Notes: a model not told the origin generated them from the letters alone. Shown: positions 11,282-21,789, counted from the stretch's first letter. The stretch: 64,000 bases of DNA from an uncultured Phycisphaerales bacterium (GCA_963755915.1 CAVWLP010000003.1:32001-96000), one strand, 5' to 3'. Program-made: numbers and translations.

Positions 11282-12289
11282 CTACAGAACGCCCGCCAGT
11301 TCAAGCGCTCCGCGATACGCAGCCTGCTTGAATTGATGGGATTGGCCGAACCAGACTGAATCGAGTTGCCTATCCAGCTTGTCGGCGGATGACGCGCCGC
11401 GATACTTCCGCTGGTGGTCCGCCCATTCGCTCACGGCGTTGTACGCGCCCCATGCCGTGTGCTTCACGCCGGGAAGCGTGTTGCGGTCGTTATCGAAGTT
11501 GTCGAGCATTTGCCCGAACACCTTCTCGCGGGTTTTCTTCTGCCGATCTGTGCCATGTGGAAGGTCCGCCCCAGTCAACCCCCGGAAATATCCGCCCGCC
11601 TCGGTTACGCTCAGTTCCTTGGCAAGCATGGCATGCAGTTCATCATCAAACTTGTCGAACCGGGCGGCGATGATGCCCAGCTTCGCCCGCGCCTCGGCAA
11701 TCCGGCTCTCAAGCCGGGGATGATGGGAAATCGTCAATCCCTCCACGCCCGATTCCCGCAAGGCCAGATTCAATGTGTTCTGGCATACCACGCGCACCGT
11801 CGTCGGAATCATCCGAAGCGCCTGGCTTCCGTCGTGGGTGTTGGTGAGCAAGACATACGGCTTAATCAGGTCATCCGGCCCGGCCCGATACTCTTTGGGA
11901 ATGCTCGCCATCATCCACACGCGCTTGCCACCGTGCAGACTGCCCGCCGTTTCGTACATGGCGAGCTTGTCGCCCACTAATCCATCCATGAAGTCGAAAG
12001 CTTCATGGTTCTGGAACACCCGATAGCGCCGTCCAACCACACCCAACACCGCCTTGGTATCGGTGCGGACATTCGCCACCGTGTCCGGTATGCCCGCCTC
12101 TATCGTGTTATTGTCCGGGTCGAAAGCCCGGACCGGCCATTGCTCGACGCGCCAATCCAGCCCGGCCAGTTGAATCGCCTCGGCGCTGGTGGTCGCCTGC
12201 TCGATCACCGTGCCCAAGCGATGCCAAGCAGGCTCGCCGGTCACAAACACTGCCGCTCGTCCCGTCGTCTGGTCGATCTCGTGTGCCAT
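11282..12289 (-). CDS. DUF932 family phage/plasmid protein
   Basis: PAWHRLG, AGLDWRV, YETAGSLHGG, NTHDGS, VRVVCQNTL, TAWGAYNAVSEW. Confidence 0.88.
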   Translation of the reverse strand: MAHEIDQTTGRAAVFVTGEPAWHRLGTVIEQATTSAEAIQLAGLDWRVEQWPVRAFDPDNNTIEAGIPDTVANVRTDTKAVLGVVGRRYRVFQNHEAFDFMDGLVGDKLAMYETAGSLHGGKRVWMMASIPKEYRAGPDDLIKPYVLLTNTHDGSQALRMIPTTVRVVCQNTLNLALRESGVEGLTISHHPRLESRIAEARAKLGIIAARFDKFDDELHAMLAKELSVTEAGGYFRGLTGADLPHGTDRQKKTREKVFGQMLDNFDNDRNTLPGVKHTAWGAYNAVSEWADHQRKYRGASSADKLDRQLDSVWFGQSHQFKQAAYRGALELAGVL

Positions 12290-12804
12290 GACAGCACCTC
12301 CCGAAAAGGAAGAAAACTCCAAACCGGGATGGCTTAGGCCCACAAAGGCCCAAGCAATTTTTTGACCTCCCGGCTTCGAAAGAAGCGGCCGGGAGGTCTA
12401 AAAAAGAGAAATCCTTCCTGCTGGCGACGGGAATTCGAGTGGAGCGGACGAAGGGCATGCCACGCGCAGGCCCGCAGCACCTGTACTCGGGTGTGAGGAG
12501 CCGAGCATGGCAAGCGCAGCGGTGACCTTTCGATAGCGCAGCGAGCAACAGGCTGTAGGCCCGCTGCCGCCGCCGCTTGCGGCCTTCAGCAATTCAGCGG
12601 GCCTACCTTCCCCCCATGTTCCCGGCGCCATCCTTATTGCTTCCGACAGCAATCACACCGGATTTAGGCCAAGGAGTGGGGGTGCGGGGGCGAGGAACGG
12701 CCCGGAGGGCCTCGCCCCTGCGTCTGCGTCCTCTTCAAGAATGTGAAAAGGAACGGGGAAGCAATACATACGTCGCTCCCGACAGAACGGGTAAACTTTT
12801 GCCT

Positions 12805-13446
12805 ATGAATCAAACCGAAATGCAACCGACCGTAGCAATCGCGCTTCCAAACGATCAGATGCCCGAAGTTGAAGTAATGCTCCGGCTTGCGTTTTATCTT
12901 CTTTCGCTGGAAGACAGCGCAGACGAATGCACGATAACACCGGATTGTCAGCACGTCGAAAGTGCGGGCCGCGCTATTTTCCCGCTTGTCGAATTTTTGT
13001 CGCAAGAGGGCTGGAAGCTAATCGAAGGGCGCGGGAACGAGCCGTGGGAGGGAGTATACCCAAGGGATGGCAAGCGCCTCATTATCGTCGCGACGCCAAG
13101 CCATGCAGATGTGTTCATTCGCATAGATAAGCGACTAATTCGTGCGGAGTGCAAGAAGGGGCCGTTGGTTAAGCGCCCCGGAAGTCCCGAACGTTCGATC
13201 ATGCACAAACTGATTGGCCAGTTGATGATGAGCAAGGCGATCGAACCGGATGAGTGGCTACTCGCCGCAGTCCCCAACACAGAGCGCTTTCGAAAGCTCG
13301 TCGCATCGTGCCGGGCCGGTGACCGACTCAAACCGACGGGAATCACGTTTGTCCTCGTGGGCCGTGATGGATCGGTTGAGGGCTTCGCGTCGCCGGCAAC
13401 CAGCAAACGTTCTGTCATAATGGCAACGAAATCGGCGGCAGTTTGA
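12805..13446 (+). CDS. Hypothetical protein, PD-(D/E)xK nuclease-like
   Basis: ADV...IRAECKKG...LIGQLM motif spacing. Confidence 0.5.
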   Translation: MNQTEMQPTVAIALPNDQMPEVEVMLRLAFYLLSLEDSADECTITPDCQHVESAGRAIFPLVEFLSQEGWKLIEGRGNEPWEGVYPRDGKRLIIVATPSHADVFIRIDKRLIRAECKKGPLVKRPGSPERSIMHKLIGQLMMSKAIEPDEWLLAAVPNTERFRKLVASCRAGDRLKPTGITFVLVGRDGSVEGFASPATSKRSVIMATKSAAV

Positions 13447-13505
13447 GATCCAGAATTTCCTTGCGCAGCCGCGTGCAAAAGCGTGCGTTGGAATGGCCAT
13501 GAGAT

Positions 13506-14551
13506 TCACGGCCATGGAGTCAGAGCCAAGGTATTGGCCAGCGTTGTTGGGCTTGAACTACCGGGCCATTTGGCAGAATTTCGTAGAAGGCCGTGTCGGC
13601 GTGGTGCCGTCGGACTGGTCGTCCAGTCAAAGATCACGACGCCAAGCCAGCGGTCTATGCCAGGCATAGCCGCCAGCGTCGGATCAGTATCGAGACCTGG
13701 TAGCAGCAGTTGCAAATCCCTCGGCTTTACGTCGGCGGTCCCTGAATTGGGCGGGCGGACGTATACGATGATGAACTCGCCGTTGGATTTCGCTGCTTGC
13801 GCAGCTTTGCTGATTACATGACCACACACGACATTCCGAATCGAGTTGGCGCGGGCAAGCACGCTGGTAACGCTGACATTCATCGACGAGCCAGTAGCAG
13901 CACGTAAACTGACACGGATCGTGGTGTTCCCCAACGTCAGCGGAATTGGCGTGGGCGGATACGCGTTGTTTGTGGATAAAATATTCTGAAACGTCGCGAC
14001 CATTGCTGTTTTCGCCGGTCCCAAATTCTCCTGCGTCACCGGACCGCTGGTGTCGAATTCGATTTCTGATTTGGGCAGGCCGTTTGCGCTACACCAGGCG
14101 GTGACAATCGGAGATAGCGCGTTCTCCAGCAGGCGAAGGCCCACATTCGCGGCGTTCTTCACGTCGAAGGCGATTGGCTGATTGGCTGCATTAACATCCA
14201 GTAGCCGGCCCTCAAACGGCGGGGTTGTGCCAGGGACCGAAGGAGGCCAACCGATGCAATCCAATTGCCCATCCTGCTCTAATCGAGAGAAGGCCAGCAA
14301 CTCGGTCATCGCCGCCTGCCACTTCCCTTCCGTGGCGCCGAATGCGTCTCTGATTTGCGCCGTCAATGCCGCTGGAGAGAACGGGGGCAACAGGACGCCC
14401 AAGTTGTGCCAAGCGTCGGAATGTCGTGAAAATGAGGATAGCCGGGGTAGAGCGCCGTCGCCATGTAGCTTGCCTGCAACGGGGGAAGGTTCGCAATTGC
14501 GGAATAGGCTGCGGCGAGCGATGGAAATTGAGCGAGTTGTTGTGGCGTCAT
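13506..14551 (-). CDS. Hypothetical protein (frameshift near 14400), possible nuclease fold
   Basis: Two ORFs join; ELLA...FEG...IAFDVK. Confidence 0.4.
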
Positions 14552-14658
14552 CGTGTATCTGGTGCCGTTTCTGCGCAGATTATATTCCGTTTGGCGAAAC
14601 AAAGTAACCCGGCCGGTGAACGGTGCCCGGCCGGGCTTGAGAAGTTATTGCGATCGAA

Positions 14659-14934
14659 TCAGGCGGCGGGTTGCTCCTGCCGCTGCTCGCGATTTTCACC
14701 GAGCAATTGCATCACGCGGGTGTGTGTGGCGTCCGCGACCTTCATCAGCACCAGCAGGTCGTCGCGGCCGAAACTGGTTGTGCTCAGCCACTTGCCCTCC
14801 TCGGTGCGGTAGAGACGTTGGAAGGTGACATTGAAGCGCGGGCCGCTTTCGCCTTCGTTCCTCCAGATTGCGGCTTTGATGCTGCCGATGCGGATTTCCT
14901 CGACCGGTTGCACTTTGTTCTGTTTCTTCGCCAT
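14659..14934 (-). CDS. Small conserved-looking protein, possible PC4/SpoVG-like nucleic-acid binder
   Basis: IKAAIWRNE..RFNVTFQRLYR..GKWLSTTSFGRDDL; AAGGAG RBS; hairpin at 14608-14637 downstream. Confidence 0.65.
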   Translation of the reverse strand: MAKKQNKVQPVEEIRIGSIKAAIWRNEGESGPRFNVTFQRLYRTEEGKWLSTTSFGRDDLLVLMKVADATHTRVMQLLGENREQRQEQPAA

Positions 14935-15681
14935 GACAGTTGCTCCTTTCAAAGGGTTCGTGTTGGTCCGTTCTTTGGACACGCAGCGACGGATCAACAT
15001 GAATCCGCAGGAGCAATGGCCGGAGGGGACGAGGACCGCGCCGGGAGTCCAAGGCTAGCGAGGGCGCTGTGACGGAGGGATTTTTCTTTGCGCAGCAAAC
15101 CCACCGGGGCGAAGAGCGAAAAATCCGGACGGCACAAGCCGTTGCAATGCCGCAGGGCGCAGCCCGATGGACGACTAGAGCGGGCGGCGGCCCCGCGGGT
15201 GGCTTGGCGAAAGACACGGAACAATGCGGCATGGTCGGATTATCCGCGAGCGGCAGTTCTTCAAGCATTCAGGATGGATGAAGGCCGGAGCGTCCCACGA
15301 GCGTCATCATTCATCGGTCCGCAACGAGAATTGCGATGTGGTGCATCGACGTTCGGCCAGGACTCCGGCGCGATGATGGTCGCTGGCGGCAGATCAACTT
15401 GGATGTAGGCCGGTTGCGCGTTGAAGCGGCTGGATCGGACGACGCGATCGATCGCGACTTCTCAGGCCCGGCAGGCTTTACAACGGATTGGATACAAACC
15501 GGCAATGCATCGGTCGTCGGTGAGAACGCGCATAAAAAAACATCGGCGGTTGAAGAAGGGGGGGAACCTTCTTCGGGGAATACCGCCAATGCAGCAGAAA
15601 CTATGCCCCGGATTCGTTGAAGATGCAAATACAATTGATCGTTGCGACACCCACGATCCTGGAGATTACTGAGGCAAAAGA

Positions 15682-16177
15682 TCACCAGGTAATCAATGGA
15701 CATCTGACAGACAGGATTTCGCGCCGTTGGATCGGGCCGTAGCAACGGCTGTCGAAGCTATTGGGAATGCGAGCAGAGAAAACAAAGAATTCATCGTCGG
15801 CAAGACGCCTACGGGCTCGCCAGATGGGAAGCGGGCGATGAGCGCTATCTTCTCGTGGAGGCATTGGCGCAATCCGCTTGTCGTTGACGACAAGCCAGTC
15901 TCCAAGTGTATCAATCCGATCTCCAGGGCCAGCGATTATGGGCTTGAGAATGTACCAGTCGTCGCCGTTGTTTCCGGTACGTCCGCGTACATAACCCCGC
16001 GCCGCCGGCGGAATGCAGAAGTCCACAAGTTTGCCGACGGCCGGTTCTTTCGAAGAACGCAAATACAGGCCGGGTGCGACGCTCGGCGATGTGTTGATGA
16101 CGATCACGTGCCGGCCGACGACGGTTGGAAGGATTGCCCATGCCGCAATGAATCCGAATACGATTCGCTTGAGCCAC
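15682..16177 (-). CDS. traF: Conjugal transfer S26 peptidase TraF (N-terminal frameshift)
   Basis: NTSPSVAPGLY, LKPIIAGPGD, SFDSRCYGPI. Confidence 0.85.
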
Positions 16178-16240
16178 CGTCGCGCCCGCTAAAACCGGGA
16201 ATGAAAGCGACGATTGAATTCAGTCGGTTGGGCATCGAAT

Positions 16241-16618
16241 TCATTCGGCAGTCGAGGAGTCCGCGAGCAACGGATGCAGCAGAATTTTATGCGCTGCCTC
16301 GGTCCAGAATGACGGTGGCAATTGCTCCAACTTCTTGCCGCGGCGCTTCAGGTCTTCAATAAGATCAAGAAGACAATCGACCGCGCCATCCTGGCCTGCC
16401 GGCCCGTGTTGATCAGCGATCGCATGGACGGCAACAGGGGCATGGATACTCGGCAGTTCGTGGCCCGGTTGATCTGCCGCAAGTGCCTGAACAATTGCGA
16501 CCGCGCGATGCTGACGGTCATTTCCATACCGACGCCACCAAACCACGCCGAAGATTTGGCCTGGGCGGAAGTGGTACACGCCGCGCCCATTGCGCCCGTC
16601 GTGATGAAGCGTGGGCAC
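16241..16618 (-). CDS. DUF2840-like protein
   Basis: FRPGQIFGVVWW pattern; directly upstream of traF as in Tn4371-type ICEs. Confidence 0.65.
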   Translation of the reverse strand: MPTLHHDGRNGRGVYHFRPGQIFGVVWWRRYGNDRQHRAVAIVQALAADQPGHELPSIHAPVAVHAIADQHGPAGQDGAVDCLLDLIEDLKRRGKKLEQLPPSFWTEAAHKILLHPLLADSSTAE

Positions 16619-16848
16619 CCCGAAACAAAGGCTGTCCAGCCGACGATGGGAAACGTAGCGAGAAACGAATCGGGTTAAGCTGACAGGTGCAAAATCTGCC
16701 TCCTTCTCTGTTGCATTCCAATGAACCGAACATTATACTAACAATCGGTCTGAGTCAAGATCAAAATGTCTATTTTGAATCCATTTTGAATCTGTTCTCA
16801 GTTGTTTTTGGATTGACGGATGCTATGGCGCTGGCATTTAATATGGCG

Positions 16849-17565
16849 ATGAATCGCGCATCACGAACCGTAATGGTTACTGGCGAGCGTCTGGCCGCGC
16901 TCTGGCGAGAATCGGCGATGTCACAGGAATCGTTCGCGCATGCCATCGGGATGAAGCGATCCGGGTTCCTCCGCCTGATGCAGCCGGGCGAACATGGAAT
17001 GTTCACCGACAACTTCCGACGAATGGCTGACGCTGTTGGCGTTACACCGAACGAATTACGCAGCCGAATTGGACCGGATGGAAAAGTTGACCTTGACCTC
17101 GATGGTATTGCATCCGCACCGCTTTCTCGCGTCGGCCGCGGTATGTCGGGAGTGTCGGGCCCCGCGCATCCACTCCAAGGAATCACACGATTTCACGGAA
17201 TCAGCGCCGGGGCGCGCCTGGAACGGCTTCCCTTGGAACAGGGAACCGTCAAGGTTCCGGAGGATTTTGGTGAGTTCGCCGTGCGTGTCGATGGCGAGTC
17301 GATGGAACCTGAATATCCGAACAATGCCGTAGCGCTGTTTGAAAGCGTAGCGGGACAGCAATTCACCTTTGGGAAGGATTACATCATCTGGTTCGGCAAC
17401 GGCGAGTGCTATTTCAGTCGGGTCGTCGAAAGTGACGACGACCGCGACGTGCTTCTGCTCCAAAAGATCAATCCGGATCGGGAACGGTTTCCCGACCGGA
17501 CGGTTCATCGACGCGAAATCGAACGGGTCGCCCTGTGCGTGGGGGTGCTGATCCGCAAGAAGTGA
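16849..17565 (+). CDS. CI/LexA-like repressor (Xre HTH plus S24 domain)
   Basis: MSQESFAHAIGM HTH, ISAG, FAVRVDGESMEP; TTGACG-18 bp-TTTAAT just before ATG 16849. Confidence 0.8.
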   Translation: MNRASRTVMVTGERLAALWRESAMSQESFAHAIGMKRSGFLRLMQPGEHGMFTDNFRRMADAVGVTPNELRSRIGPDGKVDLDLDGIASAPLSRVGRGMSGVSGPAHPLQGITRFHGISAGARLERLPLEQGTVKVPEDFGEFAVRVDGESMEPEYPNNAVALFESVAGQQFTFGKDYIIWFGNGECYFSRVVESDDDRDVLLLQKINPDRERFPDRTVHRREIERVALCVGVLIRKK

Positions 17566-17587
17566 TCGTGCTAACAAGGAAAAGACG

Positions 17588-18457
17588 ATGTCGAAGCTCA
17601 CACAATGGCTCGACCATCGCATGGAGGTGGTGGGACTGAATCGGTGGAAGGATCTGTCAGAATACTCGGGCATTTGCCATCAAACGATCCGGGACATGAA
17701 TACCTGCGGCTCGCTGCTGGTGCTCAGCCGCTCTGACCGGCGCTCGCTGGCCGCGGCTTTGCGCGTCTCGCTGCGCAAATTGGAACAGCTTGACGCCGGG
17801 CAACTCGACTGGATCGAGGACAAGTACGTTTATGACGTTGGAGTCGTGGGACGTCCAACCCCGTCACAGGAAAGCGATCCGGCCTACTGGGTTCCAAAGG
17901 AAGCCAAGGCCGAAGATCGCGGTACGCCGCTGATCGGGAGAATTCGGGCGAGTGGCAAGGCCGAACCTGATGAGGACTGGCAAGAGGAATTGGGGAGGCA
18001 CATCCCGCAACGATTTGGAAAAGGCCACGACATTTACGGCTTGGAACTTGATGCAACCAGGCAATCGGTCGTGTTGCGGAACATCCCTTTGTGGGAATTC
18101 CGGGAAGGAATGGCCGCCGTGTACTGCTGGAATGGCTGGGAAGCCGAAGGTTGGTTTGGACGCGTTTATCTGCAAGCCACCAAGGCGCGCGTGGTGACGT
18201 CGAATGGAGAGCGACACGACTTGGACCTGGCTAGCGTTGTGCGGATAGGAAAGCTTGTTGGGCATTGGCCGCTGTCCGACTCATGGGCACGAAATTGCAC
18301 CCGCGCGGGGAAGAATAGGGGAGCCGAACCACGTACTTCTTTGATATCTTGGGCATGGCAAACCTTCCTTGGTTATGCCATTGACGTTACCCTAAATTCG
18401 AAGCGTGACAATGCACTAGTCAGGCCTTCGACCATCGGGTTCTCAACCCGGCAGTAG
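17588..18457 (+). CDS. Second HTH protein with degenerate S24-like C-terminus (3' end uncertain)
   Basis: WKDLSEYSGICHQTI HTH; PLIGRIRASG; the last ~55 codons run through the att-like region. Confidence 0.5.
   Translation: MSKLTQWLDHRMEVVGLNRWKDLSEYSGICHQTIRDMNTCGSLLVLSRSDRRSLAAALRVSLRKLEQLDAGQLDWIEDKYVYDVGVVGRPTPSQESDPAYWVPKEAKAEDRGTPLIGRIRASGKAEPDEDWQEELGRHIPQRFGKGHDIYGLELDATRQSVVLRNIPLWEFREGMAAVYCWNGWEAEGWFGRVYLQATKARVVTSNGERHDLDLASVVRIGKLVGHWPLSDSWARNCTRAGKNRGAEPRTSLISWAWQTFLGYAIDVTLNSKRDNALVRPSTIGFSTRQ
18307..18451 (+). repeat. att-like module copy 1: arm repeat plus 25-bp site X
   Basis: ggggaagaatagggga (18307) and ttcgaccatcgggttctcaacccgg (18427-18451), repeated at 44557 and 44656. 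Confidence 0.75.
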
Positions 18458-18542
18458 CGAAAGATGCTGTGATGCGCTCGCCGTCGGCGAACGATGCTTC
18501 CTCGATGAGGAAGGGATTGGCTTTTCGAAAACTCTACGTCTG

Positions 18543-19763
18543 CTACGCGATCGACCCGAGCGGACGGGCGCTGATCGGCAAAGGTTTCAGCGGTTTGTTT
18601 TGAAGGATGAGCGGCACGTCGACCACTCGCCGGAAGAGCAAGCGGAAGGTTGAACCGACTCCGACCCGCGAATCGACGGTGAGAGTGCCTCCCAATAATT
18701 TAGCTGCCTGCGATGCAATGGCGAGGCCCAGTCCCACGCCAGATTCGCCGTGAACGTCTCCTCTTTTGAATGCCTCAAAAACCGTCTCCAAGAGCGCGGG
18801 CTCAATTCCAGGCCCCTCATCCAGTACCCACAGCACCGGACCATCTGACTGAGCGTCTTTTCCGAATCCAACGCGGATATCTCCACGGCTGATGTATTTT
18901 ACGGCGTTGCCCACGAGATTTTGAAGCACCAAGGTGAGCAACTCGCCATCTGATTCGACAACCGTGCCAGGGCGCATCTCGACAATGAGCCGCGCTCCTT
19001 TGGCGTCAGCCTCGCGCGAGAATTGCCCGAGTATTTTTGTCGCCAGTGCATGTAAATCGACGGGCGACAGCGTTATCGCTTTGCCGGATTTCCGGAGTCG
19101 TTCGTGGTCCAGTAGTCGACGCATGCCCATGACCGTGTCATGGATGCATTGCTGCGCGTGGTCAAGCGACTCTTCCGCTTCTGGGAAGCCGCCTGCCCGG
19201 TTCAAATCCAATCGGAGCGCTTGCAGTGTGAGCGTTACACTATTCAGGTTGTTGTTGAGGTCGTGAGAGAGGAACGAGAGAAACTTCAACTCCGTCTCGG
19301 CAGCAACGCGAAGTTGATTCTTCTGTTGGTCCACGAGGGCAATTACGGATCGCTGGAGCATCACGTCGATAGCGGCGTGGAGTGCCGCGGATTCCATGGC
19401 TTCCATCCGCCGGTTTAGCGCCTGTTCAATGTGCAATACAGTGATGGCCCTGAGCAGCCGATCCTCCTGCATGACCTCGACCACGTCGAGGTTCAGCCTG
19501 AAACGTGAAAGGCCCTGGGACGGTGCGCGGCTTACAAGCTCTCGAATCACGTCCGGGTCATCCGACGCAAGGGCTTGAGCGATCGCGAGCAATAGCTGGG
19601 GCGTAGAATTCTTTAATTCGTCGGATGTGAGATGCTGCATCTGCGGCATCGCCGCTCGCACAGCGGCGTCCCAATCCAGCGTTATCTGGTCCGCGCCAGT
19701 GCGCAGGATTCTTGCCAACTCGGGGAATGGGCGATGCGTGAGTTGTGCCAGCAGTGGATTCAT
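18543..19763 (-). CDS. Cytoplasmic sensor histidine kinase
   Basis: LSHDLNNNL H-box, NLVGNAVKY, DEGPGI, GVGLGL; no TM segment. Confidence 0.92.
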   Translation of the reverse strand: MNPLLAQLTHRPFPELARILRTGADQITLDWDAAVRAAMPQMQHLTSDELKNSTPQLLLAIAQALASDDPDVIRELVSRAPSQGLSRFRLNLDVVEVMQEDRLLRAITVLHIEQALNRRMEAMESAALHAAIDVMLQRSVIALVDQQKNQLRVAAETELKFLSFLSHDLNNNLNSVTLTLQALRLDLNRAGGFPEAEESLDHAQQCIHDTVMGMRRLLDHERLRKSGKAITLSPVDLHALATKILGQFSREADAKGARLIVEMRPGTVVESDGELLTLVLQNLVGNAVKYISRGDIRVGFGKDAQSDGPVLWVLDEGPGIEPALLETVFEAFKRGDVHGESGVGLGLAIASQAAKLLGGTLTVDSRVGVGSTFRLLFRRVVDVPLILQNKPLKPLPISARPLGSIA

Positions 19764-19999
19764 CGTTTTGCCTCCTTGCGGGAACGCAACACACCTGCTA
19801 CAGTGGGATTTCTCGCCCAGTCGGATGGTTGGCGGCCTCGCGTGGTGCCCGGAGGGCCGGGTATCTTGTACACTGTTTAAAATGGGCCGTCTGTCCGTTA
19901 GCGGACGGTGTCAAGTAAAATCTTCTGCTACCGTCAAAATCCTTAGAGCCGGGCTATTCCATGCCGCCGACGTGTAACTACTTACTGGAGCGAAGCTAA

Positions 20000-20705
20000 G
20001 TGACGATCGCAGCCCGCACGGGCAACAAAATTTTGGACCGCCTGCCAGAGCAGGATTTTCATCGAGTTTTCTCTCAATTGGAAAAAATTGCGCCCGATGT
20101 TGGCGAGGTCGTGGCCTATCCGGACAAAGAGCCAAGCGCGTTCACTTCCCAATCTCGGGCGTGCTTTCTTCGATGGTGGTCCTTGAAGACGGGTCGATGA
20201 TCGAGGCATCCACAATCGGAAACGAGGGCATGGACGGCCTCTATCTTATGGCTGATCCACTGGCCAACCCCTACCGCATCAACGTTCAGGTACAAGGCGA
20301 CATGCTCTGTATGTCGGCGTCAGCGTTCCGGCGTGCGTTGTCCGAGAGCCACGCGCTGACGCAACTTTTGCTCAGATACGCGATGGTGCTGATCCAGCGG
20401 GTGCTCAAAATGGAGCGTGCATTCAACACCACACGATCGAGGAACGAATGTGCAGATGGTTGCTTGAAACGGCTCACCGCAAGGGGGAAGATCATTTCGG
20501 CCTAACCCAGGAATTTCTGAGCGACATGCTCGGCGTCCGCCGACAGAGCGTAAATTTGACGGCGCGCATCCTCCAACAGGTCGGCCTGATCAAATATCAC
20601 CGGGGCGAGTTGACGATTCTTGACAGGGCCGGTTTGGAAGAATCTTCCTGCGAGTGTTTTCGTGTCACCAGCCAGATGTACGAACGCATGATGAGGCTTA
20701 CGTGA
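20000..20705 (+). CDS. Crp/Fnr family regulator (two frameshifts)
   Basis: IGNEGM cNMP-fold segment, RWLL, LTQEFLSDMLGVRRQSV HTH. Confidence 0.85.
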
Positions 20706-21188
20706 ATATCGCCTTGGGATGCGATCATCGCGGATACGCCGCCAAGCGGGAACTATTGCCGCAATTGCGAACTCTCGGCTATCAAGTAGAGGACTTTGGT
20801 TGCCCTACCTCTTCCGGCGTCGATTACGCGGACATCGCCTATCCCTTGGCGTTGGCGGTTGCCGCGGGGCAATGTGAGCTTGGAATTCTGATCGGGTGCA
20901 ACGGGATGGGCATGAACATGGTCGCGAATAAAGTCCCGGGCGTGCGCGCCGCGTCGGCAGACGATGAATTCGCTGCGCAGCGCCCGTGAAAAGTATCACT
21001 GCAATATCATCTGCTTTGGCGCGGATGTCGTCGGCGGGAATGAGATTCGAAAAATCGTGGAGGTGTTTTTGCAGGCAACGGTCTCCCCACGCCATGCACG
21101 ACAAGTTACAAAAATGAGGGAGATCGAGGAAATGGTGGCCAAAGTTTATGTCGCAAAGCACAATCAACCGTTCGTGTCGCTCGTTTGA
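20702..21188 (+). CDS. rpiB: Ribose-5-phosphate isomerase B family (frameshift)
   Basis: IALGCDHRG, DYAD, GCNGMGM..VANKVPGVRAA, RHARQV. Confidence 0.85.
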
Positions 21189-21195
21189 GACGACG

Positions 21196-21576
21196 ATGAA
21201 GACTCAAGGCGAAATCGAAAGCGCGATTTCGGAAGGCATCGGGCGTTTTGAACAGGAATACATGGGCCGTGGCCCCAAGGACGTTCACGCGCACTTGATC
21301 GGCGATCTGCTTGTCGTCCGGCTCAAGGGTGTTTTGACAGCAGCCGAGCAGCACCTCGTCAAGACGCTACCAAGTGAAAAGGGCCGGGATCTTCTCAAGC
21401 AGGTGCGCAGCCATTTGATCGAAATAGCGCGACCGCAGTTGGCGGCGATGATCGAGGGCATCGCGGGCGCCACGGTTGTGAGCCTGCACCATGACATCAG
21501 TACAGTGACCGGTGAAGAAGTAATTCTCTTCACCCTTTCAAGTTCGCCGCTTTGCCGCGAGGTGAAGAAGAGATAG
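21196..21576 (+). CDS. DUF2294 (MpsC-like) protein, copy 1
   Basis: EYMGRGPKDV...LKGVLTAAEQHL...SLHHDISTVTGEEVILFTL. Confidence 0.85.
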   Translation: MKTQGEIESAISEGIGRFEQEYMGRGPKDVHAHLIGDLLVVRLKGVLTAAEQHLVKTLPSEKGRDLLKQVRSHLIEIARPQLAAMIEGIAGATVVSLHHDISTVTGEEVILFTLSSSPLCREVKKR

Positions 21577-21683
21577 ACAATTCGATAAATCGACATTGTC
21601 CATTGCTATTAGCCGTTGGCACGCGTACCGTGTGACGTTGCGCAGGAAGTGTTCGTGCCTGTGCGTATTTGAAATATAAAGTC

Positions 21684-21789
21684 GTCGGACGACTAAATAG
21701 ACGGCATCCCGGTCTCCGGGCGGCCGGTTGCAGAGTAAGCCGACGTGGTTCCGCACCGTAAGGGTGTTGAACCACGTCGGTTCTTTTTT
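21684..21789 (+). ncRNA. Riboswitch/attenuator-like RNA, copy 1
   Basis: tcggacgactaa...gagtaagccgacg overlapping terminator ccgacgtggttc...gaaccacgtcgg-T tract. Confidence 0.75.

Noticed and set aside
18278-18284. gactcat as an intact Y core
   Set aside because: Partial match only 29 bp from the arm (about 83 bp at 44.5 kb) and inside a CDS; at most a remnant.
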